DNA of 64,000 bases, taken from the NCBI RefSeq assembly GCF_009914755.1, contig NC_060946.1; one strand, written 5' to 3'. Under the pieces are notes generated by a model that saw only the letters and a list, made by a program, of their open reading frames with translations, was not told the origin of the DNA and did no database searches. Below are positions 27,330-45,077 of this stretch, in pieces. Origin of the DNA: the human T2T-CHM13v2.0 reference genome, Homo sapiens. A program made the position numbers and the translations under genes. Within the stretch, counting starts at the first letter, position 1; every line of letters starts with the position of its first letter.

Positions 27330-28700
27330 GGAGAGGATGATGGTGGGGCCAGGCTCTGGCAGCTGAGGTGGAGAGAAGGAAACTGACTTGGGATATTTTC
27401 AGGGAAAGAGCACCAGGACCTGCTGATATTGGACATGATGGTGAGGGGAGAAGGCAGAGAAGGACCAGGACCTGCTGATATTGGAGGTGATGGTAAGAGG
27501 AGAAGGCAGAGAAGGTGCAGGCAAGTGAGGAACCACAGATCTCTGTTGGGCTGGGCCAGCTGGATAGCCATGGCTGCCGTGCACAGCTTTATCACTGGAA
27601 CTGCAAGGGAGGAGAGGATCTTTCATAAAAGGGGGCAGCTCCCTGGGATATAAAAGGCAAGGCTGCCAGGGTGAGCACAGGAGAGGCAATCAGGTGGGTT
27701 TGGGGTGAAAAGGGAGGCAGCTGCTGTTTTCTCGGGAAGGGTGAGATGTTGCTGGGCTGAGGAGGTCAGGGAGGGTGTGAAATAGCTTTTCTGCACAAAG
27801 GAGAGGGAAACGTTTAACAAATACATTAGGATTGCTGGGGGTTTCGCCTGCCTGTTTGAGGACTCGTGAGTCCAGCCAGCGCAGTAGCGTGTGTCACTGT
27901 GAGCACATTCAGCAGTTGGGGAGGGGCAGGGCAGAAGGAGAAAGGGGCTTTAGTGGGTCTGAGGAAATGGGAGGTGGGACAGGGACTCATTAGAGGGTTT
28001 CTAATGATGGTCCTGGAGTCTAATTGAAGCAAAGGGCGAAGCAGGACATAAGGGAGAGACAGGTCTGGAAAAAGTGGTTGATGGTCAATTGATGCCACAC
28101 CAAAATGAAAAGAGCTTGATTTTGGCCATGAAGATGATGAAATGGGGGCATTACAAGAAGGATGTGGGGAGAGAGGTGGTGAGCTGAGGCTGACAGGCTC
28201 CTGCAATTCTGAAGACAAGATTGCCCAAGATATGATGTAGGAGGGCATGGGGGTAAGGAAGACATGGCAGGTGGGGAGAGGAGAGGCCGGTCCTCGGGGA
28301 TGCTGATGTCAGGGAGGACGATGAAGGCAGACATGAGGCCAAGGTGGGAAGGTGGGTTCATGTCTTTAACAAATGCGGGAGGCAACCAGGCTCTCAGAGG
28401 ATGACAGCAGATGACACCACACACAATCAGAGGGGCTGGGGTTTTTGAGCTAGGAAGAAAATCGCAAAAGTATCAAGGAACACTGGTCTGAATCCCAGGC
28501 CTGTGCTGCAGGCATGTGAGTGAAATTGTCCCAAATGGACAGGACACGGGGTGGAGGCGTTCTCAGCTGGATCTCAAAGCAGAAGAAAGTGAGACTATCC
28601 AGAGAGGAAGTTGCGATACAGGAGGTTTAGACAGGAGGCAGTGATTAGGGAGGGCACAGCAGGAGGGATTTTCATGCAGCAGGAGTGTGGGAAGCACCCT
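27330..28700 (-). mobile_element. Highly degraded L2 body
   Basis: Purine-rich tract with L2-like phrases 'ggagagaaggaaactgacttgggatatttt..aggacctgctgatattgga'. Confidence 0.45.
27412..27515. repeat. 52-bp imperfect tandem duplication
   Basis: accaggacctgctgatattgga...ggagaaggcagagaagg x2. Confidence 0.9.
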
Positions 28701-29127
28701 GCCATCTCAGTTGGGATCTCTAGCTTGCTATATTCTAAGAGTAGGGGTGAAACAGATGTAGCCTGAGCTTTACAGAGATGGCAGCTCATTCTTTGAACAT
28801 CTCAGTCCATGTTTGGATTAAAGTGATCTGTTGGCTCCATTTATCTAAAAGAGGATACAGAACTCTCCTCAGAGGAAGGCAGTAGCAGCCAGAGTCTCAG
28901 GAACTTTAATGGGCATTGTTCAGCTTTCAACAGAAAGGAAGCATGCATATGAGACAGGGCAAAGGGAACAAACAGAAATCAAACTCAGACCCACAGATGA
29001 CCCAGATATCAGAGATGGTTGACACTGTTGTTAAAATAATTGTGATTAACACGTTAAAGTATTATTTGAAGAAATACTTTAAATAAGTATTTAAAGTGAA
29101 ATCCACAAAAAAGAATCCAATGGGATG

Positions 29128-29628
29128 GTGGGCAAAGGCAGGATAACAACTTCCCAAAGGTGCCCATGTCCTGGCACTCAGAACGTGTGAATGGGCTATG
29201 TCACATGGCAAGAGGTACTTAAGATTGCAGATGGAAGAAAAACTGCTAACAAGCTGATCACAACTTAAGGACATTATCCTTAATTTAGGTAATTACACAG
29301 TTCCTTAAATGTGGAGGAGGGAGAAAGAAGAATTACTGTCAGAGTGATGTGATATAAGAAATACTTGAACGGCTATTATTAGCTTTGAAGATAGAACTGG
29401 TTCATGAGCCAAATAATGCAGGCAGGCTATTAAAGCCAAAAAATGCAGCAAATCCAAGTCTCTCCGAGAGACTGTAGACACAAACATATCCCTGCCAATA
29501 CCTTGATTTTAGCCCCGTCAGATCCACTTTGGACTTTTCTCCTCAAGTATATAAGATAATAAATTTGTGTTGTTTTAAGCTGCTAAGTTTGGGGAAATTT
29601 GGAGTAACAGCAATTCAAAAAAATACAG
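29128..29628 (+). mobile_element. MLT1D-type 5' LTR
   Basis: 'cccaaaggtgcccatgtcct..gtgtgaat..catggcaagagg', 'ccttgattttagccc', 'taagataataaatttgtgttgttttaagc..aataca'. Confidence 0.85.
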
Positions 29629-31411
<1,783 letters not shown>

Positions 31412-31570
31412 TGTGTCAGGCAGGACAGTGCCTCCCTCCTGCAAAAGATGCCCACATTCAATCCATGAATATGTGATGTTACATTTAAAAAATCATATGA
31501 TAATAAATTTGTGTTGTTTTAAACCACTGAGTTTGTCGTAATTTATTACAACAGCAATCGGAAACTATTA
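31412..31570 (+). mobile_element. MLT1D-type 3' LTR, internally deleted
   Basis: LTR 5' end 'tgtgtcaggcagga..aaagatgcccac..tgaatatgtgatgttaca' joined directly to LTR 3' end 'gataataaatttgtgttgttttaaaccactgagtttg'. Confidence 0.8.
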
Positions 31571-34094
31571 AAAATGGAAATTGTTAAATTGTAGAATTAA
31601 CAACTGAAATTAAGAACTCAGTAAGTTAGCTTAACAGCCAATTCTTCTCAGTAGAAGAAAGGGTTAGTGAGCTGGATCATAGCTCAGTAGAAAATATCCA
31701 GACTAAAGCACAGAGAGCAAGAAGAATGAAACATACAGAAGAGCATTGCTGCCAGATATTAAAAGGTAAGAAAGAAGATATTATTAATTATTTTATAATA
31801 AAAGTGATAGGTAGTATGGATACTTCTTAGAAAAATATGAATTACCAATTAACTCCAGAAGAAACCATTATAGAATTTGAAACAGTAATATTAAATCTCT
31901 ATAAAGATTCCTTAAGGCCCAATCAGTTTTAGAGGAGCATTTCAACCATTTTAGATGGAGAAAAATTAATTTTTTCAACCTCTTCCAGATTATAGGGAAA
32001 TAAATATTTGGTATTTCTTCTGATGAGATTAGTATAATGGTGTTATCAAGTCCCAGAAAGAGATAGTACAAGAAATAAAATGACATGCTAATCTCAGTGA
32101 TGCATTAAATGGAGATATCTTAAATAAAATATTCGTAAACCCAGTGCTGTAACATGTGAAACATGTAAACTATTATGACAAATGAGTTATTTACAGGGCA
32201 CAAATTTGGTGTATGGAAGTGAAACTAACCACATTAACAGATTAAAGTTGAAAAGCTATAAGATCACCAAAATTGATAACAATGAAATAACTTAATAAAA
32301 TCAGTATCTTTTCATGATAACAAAGAAGCTGTTGGCAAACTAAGGATAGGAGAGGGCTGCCTTACCCAGCTAAGTAGAATCTATTGGATGAAAAAAAACC
32401 CCAGCATACATTAGCCATCCTATGAAATGATGAAATAGTGAAAGCATTACCTTTGAAGTCGGGAAGAAGATAAGTGTGCTTCTGTCATCACTAGCATTCT
32501 TTGTGGGGCTGGAGGTCCTAACCAGTGCAGTAAGTCAGGAGAAAGGAATAATATGTATAGATGAAAGAATGATTCCCAAGTAACTGTTCACAGGGAATAG
32601 GGTTATTTACACAGACATCACCAGAAAAGTGTATTAATGAGACTTTAGCAAGCTGGCAGAATATATAATCACCATACAAAAATCACTTGTATTTCTATAT
32701 CACAAAAAATCCACTTAGGAAAATGCAATTAAAATCATGCCAATTTATACCACAAGGTACACAGCTTCTCTTTGTTCACTTCTATGTGCAAGAAGCTTGC
32801 TGAGGAAACTGCTTAGTTGGAACCACTGGTCAGCAGCTCCGGCTAACCCCGACCTGCAGACAGAACCAACTCTGTAGACATGAAGTGCACTATCCTGGAA
32901 CCAGGTCCTCCAGCCCCAAGGCATGCCTACTGATGCTACATGGATGAAGACACACTGTTTCCTGAAAGCTTTCAAAATTGTAAAGTCTTATACAAAATAT
33001 GTTTTTCTTTTAAGACACTAAGATTTGATGCATTTATTCCTCTGTAGTTGGAATTACAAATTGAATGAAATGTAGGCCCCAGAAATATAATAATGTAAAT
33101 GTGGATGCTTGAACTATGACACTGATGACGTTGTATGTCCATGGGAAAGAAGAATGAACAGGCCAACAATTGTTGGGGTAATTGATTATCCGTATGAAAA
33201 AAAAATGGCATCTCCTTATATCATACCCTACACAAAGATCTGTCCCCACCATGGAAAACAGTGTCATATAAATGCAGAATTCACTTCACAACTTCTGAAA
33301 CAAATAGAGTCCAATGGAGTTAGGATGTCAGGGTAGAGAAGGATTGCTTAAATAAGAAGTGACATCAACACAAAATGAGAAGTTGGTGATTTCAAGAACA
33401 TTAAAATTTAGAACTTTACAATATCAACAGACAATATGAAAAAAGTGAAAATATAATCACAATTAAAAGATGGTATTTAGAATGGATATAACTGACAAAG
33501 TTCGTTATATATTATATAGTCTACACTGGTTGGTTAGTGATTAAACTATATAAAGAATTCCCCCAAATCTACAAGAAAACAACCCAACAGAAAATGCTAA
33601 AAAAAATAAATCCAAAGAAATGAAATGAATTAAAAAATGAACCAACCAACCAACAAACAAAACAGGAATGCGCAATAAAATTATGGCAGGATGTATATCT
33701 TAATTAGCTATCAGGAAACTGAAAATTATGACCACAATGAGATGTCATTTCAAAGCATCCAAGTTGACAGAAACAGAAGAATCTGACAATGCCAAATAGC
33801 AGCAAGGCTGCCAAGAATGGGAACTTGACATACGGTTGGCTGGAGTCTAAATTGATGCAAGGACTTTGAAAAACATTTGTCATTCTCTAGCAAATTTGAA
33901 AACCTGCATATCCTATGACCCAGTAATTCCCCCTCTCATTTCATATACTGTTCATGTATGGTTGAAGAGATGGATGCAATGATAAAAATAATGGAGCTGC
34001 CTATATGTACATCAATGGGGCTGGGTCTCAGGAAATGCAATGTTGGCTGGCAAACACGTGGAGTGGAGGATGGTGCTGACAGAAAGTCGTTGCA

Positions 34095-34324
34095 TGGTGC
34101 TCACCGTGCATCGGGCTCTTTTCTACCCACTTGATGCGTCAATTCACTTGATCCTCAGAGCACCCCGTGAGGTCTACACTACTGTCGTCACTGTTTTACA
34201 AGGAGAAAGCTGAGGTGCATGACCTTAGTAAATGTCTTGCTCACCTGCCACGGAACTGCAAGTGGAAGTGTTGGATTCAAGCCCAGGTCCCTGAGGACCA
34301 GAGTGCAGGCTCTTTACCCACTAC
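34095..34324 (-). mobile_element. MIR SINE
   Basis: 'tcctcagagcaccccgtgagg..ctgttttacaaggagaaagctgagg..ggattcaagcccagg'. Confidence 0.7.
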
Positions 34325-34542
34325 CAGGGGTGTCCAATCTTTTGTTGGCCACATTGGAGGAAGAAAAATTGTTTTGGGCCACACATAAAAAATACAGTAA
34401 CATTAACAATAGCTGGTAAGCTAAAAAGATATTGCAAAAAGACCTCATGATGTTTTAAGAAAGTTTATGAGTTTGTGTTCGGCTGCATTCAAAGACATCC
34501 TGGGCTGTGTGTGGCCTGTGGTCTGCTGGTTGAATGAGCTTG
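34325..34542 (+). mobile_element. MER30 hAT-Charlie MITE
   Basis: caggggtgtccaatctttt..ggccacattggaggaagaa..gggccacacataaaa..tcatgatgttttaagaaagttta..gagcttg; cactac repeated at both flanks. Confidence 0.9.
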
Positions 34543-34635
34543 CACTACACCATCCAGGCTCATAGCCATGAGTTCTTATTTTGACAGGTTACAAAAACAG
34601 GTACAACTAGACTATACTTTTTAAGAACACCTTTA

Positions 34636-34989
<354 letters not shown>

Positions 34990-35124
34990 TTAGCATTACC
35001 ATTTCTCTCTGAGGGACAATGGGACGTGTAGACTTGGGTTTATATAGCCCTGGGTAGGTTACACGCTCATTCCAGGAGTTTTCCCTTCTTTTTTCTCTTT
35101 TCTTTATTCTATTTGTATTTTTAA

Positions 35125-35270
35125 CCTTTTTTTTCTACTTTTATTTTAGGTGCAGGGGAACATGTGAGGTTTGTTTTGTGGGTAAATTGTGTGTCACTGA
35201 GGCTTGGTGTATGAATGATCTCGTCACCAAGGTAGTGAGCATAGCACCTGACAGGTAGCATTCCAACCCC
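35125..35270 (-). mobile_element. L1PA13-16-type 3' end
   Basis: 'ttttattttaggtgcaggggaacatgtgaggtttg..gggtaaattgtgtgtcactgagg..gtatgaatgatctcgtcacc'. Confidence 0.8.
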
Positions 35271-35323
35271 TGAATGTTCCTTTTAGTAACTTAAAGCCAT
35301 CTTTAAACTGAGCATACATTCTT

Positions 35324-35733
35324 GCCATGCTCTGAATGTTTGAATATTAGTGTCCCCCTCAAATTCATGTATTGAAATAATCACCAAGGTGAGGGTATGA
35401 GGAGGTAGGGCCTTTGGGAGGTGATTAGGTCATAAAAGCAGAACTGTCATGAATGGAATTAATGTCCTTATAAAAGAGGCCCAAGAGAGACTCCTCCCCT
35501 TCCCACCATCTGCGGCTACAGTGAGAACCTGTGAGGATCTGGTTCTATGAGCCAGGAAGCCCTCCCCAGACACGGAATCCACCTGGTCTTGGACCAGACC
35601 AGGCCAGACCGTGGTCTCGAGACCAGACCGTGGTCTAGAGACCATGGTCTCTAGAACCCTGGGAATACGTTTCTGTTGCTGAAGCCCTCCTGTGTATGGT
35701 ATTTTGGCAGAACAGCCTGAACAGACTAAGGCA
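35324..35733 (+). mobile_element. MLT1A-type MaLR solo LTR
   Basis: 'gtccccctcaaattcatgtattgaaa', 'gggcctttgggaggtgattaggtca', 'ccttataaaagaggccc', end 'gactaaggca'. Confidence 0.88.
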
Positions 35734-35799
35734 ACCACATAGACACTCTTTATGTATTTATTTCAAACTTAAATGGAAAGTTTTCCTTTTTAAATTTAA

Positions 35800-36132
<333 letters not shown>

Positions 36133-36930
36133 TAAATGTGGCCCTCTTGCTGGTGATGTAGCCTCTTTTTAGTGACTTCTGAATAATAATTTTCCATTGA
36201 GAAATCCTTGCATCCATGATGGAGGGTTTTCACCTTCCCTGAAGCATTTATCACAGTTTGATTTTGGTCCTTGAAGATGAGAAACTCTTGTCTCTCCTTG
36301 TTTAATCTCTCCATCTGCTCAGCATCTCGGGCAGGGCCATACACAGAGTTGGCAGTGGGTTATTTACTGTTGCAAGAATAAATCCTTCCCCACCTATGGA
36401 ACCCCCATGTGCTCTCAGAGTCGGGATTTTAGCTGTATGGCACTACCGTTCTGGATGCCAAGTGTGAGTAACAGGATTTAGACTAAGAGATGGTTATGAT
36501 GAAAACCCTGACCAGCTACTCAGAGAAGAACCTACTGATGTCTCAGCTGAAGTGCCAGGTTGGCCACGTTTTTACAGCTGGGGAGATCCTTTCCTAGTTT
36601 GGAGTCTGAGAAGGGCCTTAATTTTCCCATTAGGAGAAGCTTGGTGTCAATGTAGCTTTGCTAGAGAGCAGACAGCGTGTGCAGGGCCAGAGAGGCAGGG
36701 CACAGAGGGAGTGGAAGGATGACAAATGGAGGAACAGGTCCCAGCAACCTGAGAGAGGAGCCCTCCCAGGAGTGGCGGCCAGATGAGACCATGCATTCAT
36801 TTCTGCATTTAGGTTTCCCCTTGTATGAAAGTGGGATGGTGGTCTCTAATTCATGTGTTGGTTTTTGGGAATTTAGCAATATTTAGGTGAAGTGTTGCAC
36901 CTGATAGTTGACCCAGACTGTTGTTATTAT

Positions 36931-37014
36931 TGTAGGTTGAGCCATATGAAATTGCTGACACTCTGGTGTTTTTGACATACAAACAATGGAAGCTTCATAT
37001 GGTTCAACTTGATA
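36931..37014. mobile_element. MADE2 mariner MITE (palindromic ~80 bp)
   Basis: TIRs 'taggttgagccatatgaaattgc' ... 'gcttcatatggttcaactt'. Confidence 0.85.
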
Positions 37015-37127
37015 GTACCTGTCCAGGTGTCTGCAGGCTTCTCTTGCAGATGGTGTGTGCTGAGCAACTGTCTACAAAGTGACTGAGTACTAAATGACCT
37101 GCGAATAAAAACATTCCAATTTAAATA

Positions 37128-37296
37128 TCCTGTATTCCAAGATGCAGAGTCTTTTTTCACATTTTAATATTTCTAAAATTATGATGTGTTTTACAAACAA
37201 GGTTTACGTGAAATGCCATGCTCCTTTTTTACCCAGAAAATCCATTATGAAATTGATGATGTGTCTTTACAATCTGTGACGTCTAAAATTCAATTT
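37128..37296 (+). mobile_element. MER104-like TcMar-Tc2 remnant
   Basis: 'ccaagatgcagagtctttttcacattttaatatttctaaaatt..tgtctttacaatctgtgacgtctaaaattcaat'. Confidence 0.55.
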
Positions 37297-38091
37297 CAGG
37301 CTCAACATCATGGTATGAAAATGATGCTGGAGAAGAAAAAAATGAGATGATCTGCTAATATTTGTACTTATGTACTCCTCGCCTTAACACCCCCAAACAT
37401 TTCCTCCAAGGCCCTTTTAGAAAGGATCCCTGAAGGCAGGCCTGGCTGGTGTATACACATCTCCTCTCCTCCAGCCTCCAGACACCAGCCGCCCCACACC
37501 TGAGGGATTGAGGGAATTATTTGCAGAGGAGCAGAATCTAAATCTCTAATATTCCAGCATTTAAAAAGCTGAATACGGGATAATTCCTTTTTTTATGAAG
37601 TCCACGGAGGTTGCCTTGAAAGAAATAAGGTCTTGTGTCTTCGTTGTTCATACAAGATATTCCTTTACATATACCTGGAAAATATATAACTTATTGATGT
37701 GACTACATCTAAACTCACTTTCATTGTTAAAGGGAGACAGCAACAGTATTCTGGACAAACTTTGCTTGCAATGGCTGTGCCAGGACACACCTGGGACAGG
37801 TCTGCGGGTGTATTGTTCTGACTTCCAGGTCTGTTCGTATTCAGGAGGACCATCTGAAATATCACGAATACGGTGGATTCAGGTCTCAGTGTGCAGAAGA
37901 TGTCCTAATTCATGTCTATAGTCCCAGGCTTTTGTCCAGAAGAGTATTTTGTGTCAGATGTTTTATTGGTAAGGAAAATGTTATTATTAATAGTTGTATT
38001 AAGATAAACCAGATGGATTTGGTACCCTTCCACCTTGAACTTCCAGCTTCTGCTGTGTTCTTGTCTAATATTGTAGTTAAGACTGTGATTA

Positions 38092-38357
38092 GGCTAGGCA
38101 AGGTGGCTCACACCTGTAATCCCAGTACTTTGGAAGGCTGAAGTAGGAGATTGCTTGAACCCAGGAGTTTGGGACCAGCCTGGGCAAAAAAGTAAAACTT
38201 AGCCAGGCATGCTGGTGTACACATATAGTCTCAGCCACTCAGGAGGCTGAGGCTGGAGGATCAGCTGAGCTCAGGAGGACGAGGCTGCAGTGAGCTATGA
38301 TCACACCACTGCACTCCAGCCTGGGTGACAGAGTGATACCCTGTCTCAGAAAGAAAA
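38092..38357 (+). mobile_element. AluJ with internal deletions
   Basis: 'gaggctgcagtgagctatgatcacaccactg' AluJ-type right arm. Confidence 0.9.
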
Positions 38358-38954
38358 GTTGGTACTTATTTTAAGAAGTGTGTTCTGAAAGATCATGAAA
38401 ACTGATCATGTGTAGCTGCAAAAATACCATCTGACTGTGAAAATCACGGCTGTTCAATTCAGTCAACTGACTTTTTCTCTAATTTAATTTTGGTGGTTAT
38501 CTATTTCAATTTTTCTTGTGCATCTTTGAAAAGTAAAGCATAGTTATTAACATGTTGGGTGAATTACCATCAAAGAAATTTGCCGATAGTTAAATAGTGC
38601 AAGTTATACATCAATATTTTAAAATGGTAAATCAGTCCATTTATTTTAAAAATGAGGCTTTATTTAATATAATTAATGAATAAGAATTTTGGGGAATTTA
38701 TTTTGTTAAAAGTATTCTGACTTTATTGTGAAAGCATTGTAAATTCTGTTACAAATTTAGATATTGATGAGAAAATCATTAGTTTTTGTAGGGAAAATTA
38801 ATAAAAATTTAATGTTGCGTAGAGTTATGACCAAAACAATTATTTTACTAGATTAAGAAACTATAGAGCTTGTAATTGATTGTGGTGCATTTATAACTCC
38901 TAATGGCGTTCAAATTGTGACATCACACCAACCAAAGATTTAAAAATATTTTTA

Positions 38955-39257
<303 letters not shown>

Positions 39258-39961
39258 TTAAAAATATATATATTTTGTATACATACACAGTCACAAGTCA
39301 CATACACAAGTCCACTACAACATATTCTTTGTGCGTGTCATCAAAGTGACTTTAGATACGAAAAATATATTCTTACTTTTGTTGCAGCCCGTACTCAATT
39401 GGGTCTTAAAAACGTTTGAGCCCTCGTGTACTACTTTGTAAATCAAACTATGTGACCCACAATCTTACTGAACTTTTTCTAAAGGAGTTCTCTACATTTC
39501 AGTTGCATTTTATTAAGAAGTCTTTGATTTCAAAAATCTTTAATCAAAGAATTCTTCATATAGTTTCAAAAATAATTTGTGATTTCAGAGCTTTTAGCAA
39601 ATTGCAATTATTGAAATGTTTATCTGTTCTAACATAAGAAAGAAACTGATATTTAACAATGAGATTTCATCAAGTGGTAAGATTTAATGTTGAAACTCTG
39701 TAATTGCATTTTGGAATACAGCAACATGTGGGAGGCAACAGTTGATGAAACTCTTCTTTCCTCGGCATTTTATTATGCAAATTCTCAAATGATACAGAAA
39801 AGTTGAAAGAATTTTACAGAGACTACCTATACACCCACAACATCTATTGTACCATTAACACTTTATTATACATACTTTCTGTATCTATTCTCCCATTTAT
39901 TCATTAACCCATCTTATTTTTTGATACATTGGAATGCGATAGACATCAGTACATTTTGTAA

Positions 39962-40273
<312 letters not shown>

Positions 40274-41608
40274 GTTTCTACTTTTTCTCAGTTAGAATTT
40301 GCATATTGCAAAATGCACAATTTTTAGGGTAGTGTTTGATAGGTTTTAGTAAATACACTGACTAAGCAAAAAATACATAGGACGTTTTTCACCCCCCACT
40401 TTCCTCTGGCCATTCCACCTTCACCCCAAGAGGCAACTGCTGCTTCGATTTATTTCACCGGAGATTAGTTCAGTCTGTTCTAGAACTTCATATACATTGA
40501 ATCATATGATATAGACTTTCTCAGTGAAAATTTTCTTTCACTAGGCATAATGATTTTAGGATTCATTCATGTGGTCGTGTATCACTACACGTTTTATTGA
40601 AACTATTAACTTTTCATTGCTGAATATACTACTGTTTGTTCATGTTATGAATATATCACGGTTTGTTTATCAGTTGCCCTCTTGATGGTCACATAGGGTG
40701 TTTCCAGATTGGGGCTACTATGAATAAAGCTGCTAGGAAAATTCTTGGGAGAGTCTTTCTACAGACATATGATTTCATCTCATGGGCATATGTTTGTTTT
40801 AGAAGAAAATGCCCAATATTTTCCAAAGTGGTTGTAGCATTCTAAAATGTCACCAAAAATGTAAGAGAGTTCTGACTGATTCACATCCTTGCCAACATTT
40901 GGTGTTCTCAGGAGTTTTAGTTACAGCAATTTTGTTATTTGTGGGTGAATAATACCTTACTGTAGTTTGAATTTTCATTCCCTGATGGCTAATAAGGTTA
41001 AACGCTTTCGTATGAACTTACTGACCACTTGTATATCTTTTAAAAAATATTTGGCTGGTTTTTAATTAGATTGTTTGTCTTTTCATCATTGAGCCTTAAG
41101 AGTTCTCTAGACACACTTGATAAAAGTCTTTGTCAGATACATATTTTGCAAATATTTTCTTGCAATCTGTGGCTTGCTCGTTCATTTTATTAATGCTTTC
41201 TTTTAATGAGAAGGCATACATTTAATTAAGACAAATTAATTATGTCTTATTCTTTTACGGTATTGCTTTCTGTGTATTAAGAAAACTTTTCATACCCTCC
41301 ATTCATGAAGACGTTCTTTTGTCTGTTTTCTTCTAGAAGCTTTACAGATTAAATCTTTGTGTATATTGTGAGATTGGGCTGAGATTTAATTTTTCCTAAA
41401 TGTATCTTGTTGTTCCAGCACCATTTGTTGAAGTGACTTTTTCTTTCACATTGTATTGCTTTGGTGCTATTCTTCAAACATTAATGGACTATGATCAGCT
41501 GGATACATTAAATATGAAAAGAAAAAAGGAAAAATACAGAAAAATATTTTAAATAAAAAATTAATAGACTATTAAAACACAGGGTACTCTATTTTATTTC
41601 AGTAATCT

Positions 41609-41833
41609 AACTGCAACCTCCAGCTCCCGAGTTCAAGCGATTCTCCTGCCTCAGCCTCCCGAGTAGCTGGGACTGCAGGCGCACGCCACCACACCCAGCT
41701 AATTTTTGTATTTTTAGTACAGATGGGGTTTCACCATGTTGGCCAGGATGGTCTCAATCTCTTGACCTCGTGATCCATCCACCTCACCCTTCCAAAGTGC
41801 TGGGATTACAGGCGTGAGCCACCGTGTCCAGCC
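41609..41833 (-). mobile_element. Alu lacking 3' tail
   Basis: Starts abruptly at 'actgcaacctcc'; left arm complete. Confidence 0.9.
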
Positions 41834-43369
41834 CTCAATCTTTCTATTTTTATATCAGTATCTTAATTACTATAGCTTTATAGCAAGTTTGAAGTCAGAT
41901 GTTTTGTTAACTTTGTTATTTTAAAAATATTTATTTTAATGTTAGAGGTATTTCCATTTCTTATAAAGTTCCAAACCAAATTATCAAATTCCACAAAAAT
42001 GCCTTCTGGAAATGTTTTGACAATTGTATGGAATCTAAAATTCAATTTGGGGAGGAGCGATAGCTAAACAAATAGAGTGAATCCTCACTCCACGGACAAA
42101 GGAGCTCTCCCCTTTATTATACATTTTGGCCTATTCAGGTTTCCTATTTCATCTTGAGTCAATTATGATAAATTTTATTTCAATAAATTTACCTAACTTG
42201 TCAAGTATATTGACGTAAACGCCTCCACAACATTCCCTCATTTCCTTTTAATGTCCATAGGATCTGTAGTGATGCCCTCCCCGCAATTTCACTGCTGTTA
42301 ACTGTAATTTGTACTCTCCTTTTTTATTAATGAATCATATTAAAAGTTTATCGATTTTTTCGATCTTCAAAAACCTAAATTTTGGGCTCATTAATTTTTC
42401 TACTGTTTTTCTTTTCTCTATATTCTAGATTCTAGTTCTTATCTTTACTATTTTCTTATTCTTACTTGTTTTGGGTTACTGTTTTTTCTGCTTCTAACTT
42501 CTAAAAATGCAATTTTATATCATTGAATTTATACCATTATCATTTTCAAATATGAGCATTTATTGTCGTGTGTTTCTTGGAAGCCTGCTTCAACTACATT
42601 TTGAAGAGCTTGAATTAACAACCTGAAGTTTTTAATGTGTTTTCATTAAGAATCTGGTCAAAATATTTTTTCTCTTGTAATTTCTTTTTTGATCTATAAT
42701 TATTAAGGAATATATTATTTAATTTCTGTTATTTTGGGGATTTCCAGATACTGTGTTTTTGTTGATTTTTGACTCAGTTTTGTTCTAGTCAAAGAGCATA
42801 TTCAATATTCTTATAATCATTTTAACTTGACTGATATTCATTTTATGGCCCGGCATATGATTTATCTTGGCGATTACAACATGCTTGTACTTGAATGGAA
42901 TATGGATTTTGAAGTCATGTGAGTAGTTCTCTGAAAGTACCAATTTGGGTGATAATAGTGTTGTTCAGCTCTTCCCTGCCAATATTGATTTTTTTGCAGT
43001 TGCTGTAGAGATTATTATATATTCTATTCATGTTTAAGTATATTTAGTGTTGAAATTGTGCCACCTTATATGTATTATCATGTAAAAGCCTTGCAAGCTT
43101 GCAGCTCTATTTACCTTCACCTGGTATTTTGTGCTAGAGTTAATATCATATATATCATGTCTACATTATCATGTATGCCACAATGTAATACTCTACGCTT
43201 AGTTATAAACAATTGTATTTCAAAGAAATATAAAAACAAATTGTATTTCAAAGAAATAAGAAGAAAATAGAGTCTTTTATATTTATCTACATATGTTCTC
43301 TTGAGTCTTTGTTAAAGATTTGACTTTCCATTCTATATTACTCCGCTTTACCTAAAGAATTTAAGTAGT

Positions 43370-44180
<811 letters not shown>

Positions 44181-45077
44181 TTATTTTTGAATAGAATTAT
44201 TTAATAGGCTTATCAATAGAATAAAACAAATTGATTTGTGTATGAACATGTTCATAAGTATGTACATATATAATTTTTTAAAAATTATCTGTAGTGCTTC
44301 TGTGCCATTTATTCTCAAATGTATCTTAGTTTCACTGATAAATTGTAGGGTCATCTTACCTTTAGGGTTTTCAGCAACCATGGAAACTAAAATATTTTCA
44401 ACAAGTGCTTCCATAGACAAGAGCTCTCATTGTTTCCTGGACTTTTGACTAAGATCCAGTGTAGATAAGAGCTATTTATTCCACTAAAAAGTGGCAATTC
44501 TACATGGGTGTAAGCTGTAGCTCTGGACCAGACAGCAGGGCGGGGTGTGGACACTGCCTGATCCCTGGAGGAAGGTCGGTGACGTCTCCCACCCGCCAAG
44601 CACTAAGATTGGGCCGGGCACTCTGTGAGATTGTTATGCGTGGATAGACTCGGAGTCAGGCCTAACGCTGCAGGGCAAACCTGCTAGAGAATGTTTTCCC
44701 TCGAACTCGATCTTCCTCTTGCCCAGCCTTAGAGAGGACACTTGGAAAAATGCTGCCTTTTCCATTGTGATCTGCCTCTGGTGAGCTGGGAGGAAAGCGG
44801 CCATGAGTTCAAAAGGACGGACGGAAAATCTCCTTAGGGTTGGCAAAGAGCAGCTTTACCACAGAACAGATGGAGTCTTGGTTTCTGTGGACTGCTGGTA
44901 TTTTTATTATTGGTGCTTCTTTTTTGGTAGAGGAGGAGATGGAAGGTGGAGAGATGAGGATGGAGGGGGAGGAGGCTTGCCCCCTGCTCTCTGTCCTCTG
45001 CTAGCCACAGTTCTGCTGCTAAGTTCTTGTATCTCTTTTAGAATTTGAAATATCTGTTAATGTTTATTTTTATTTTC

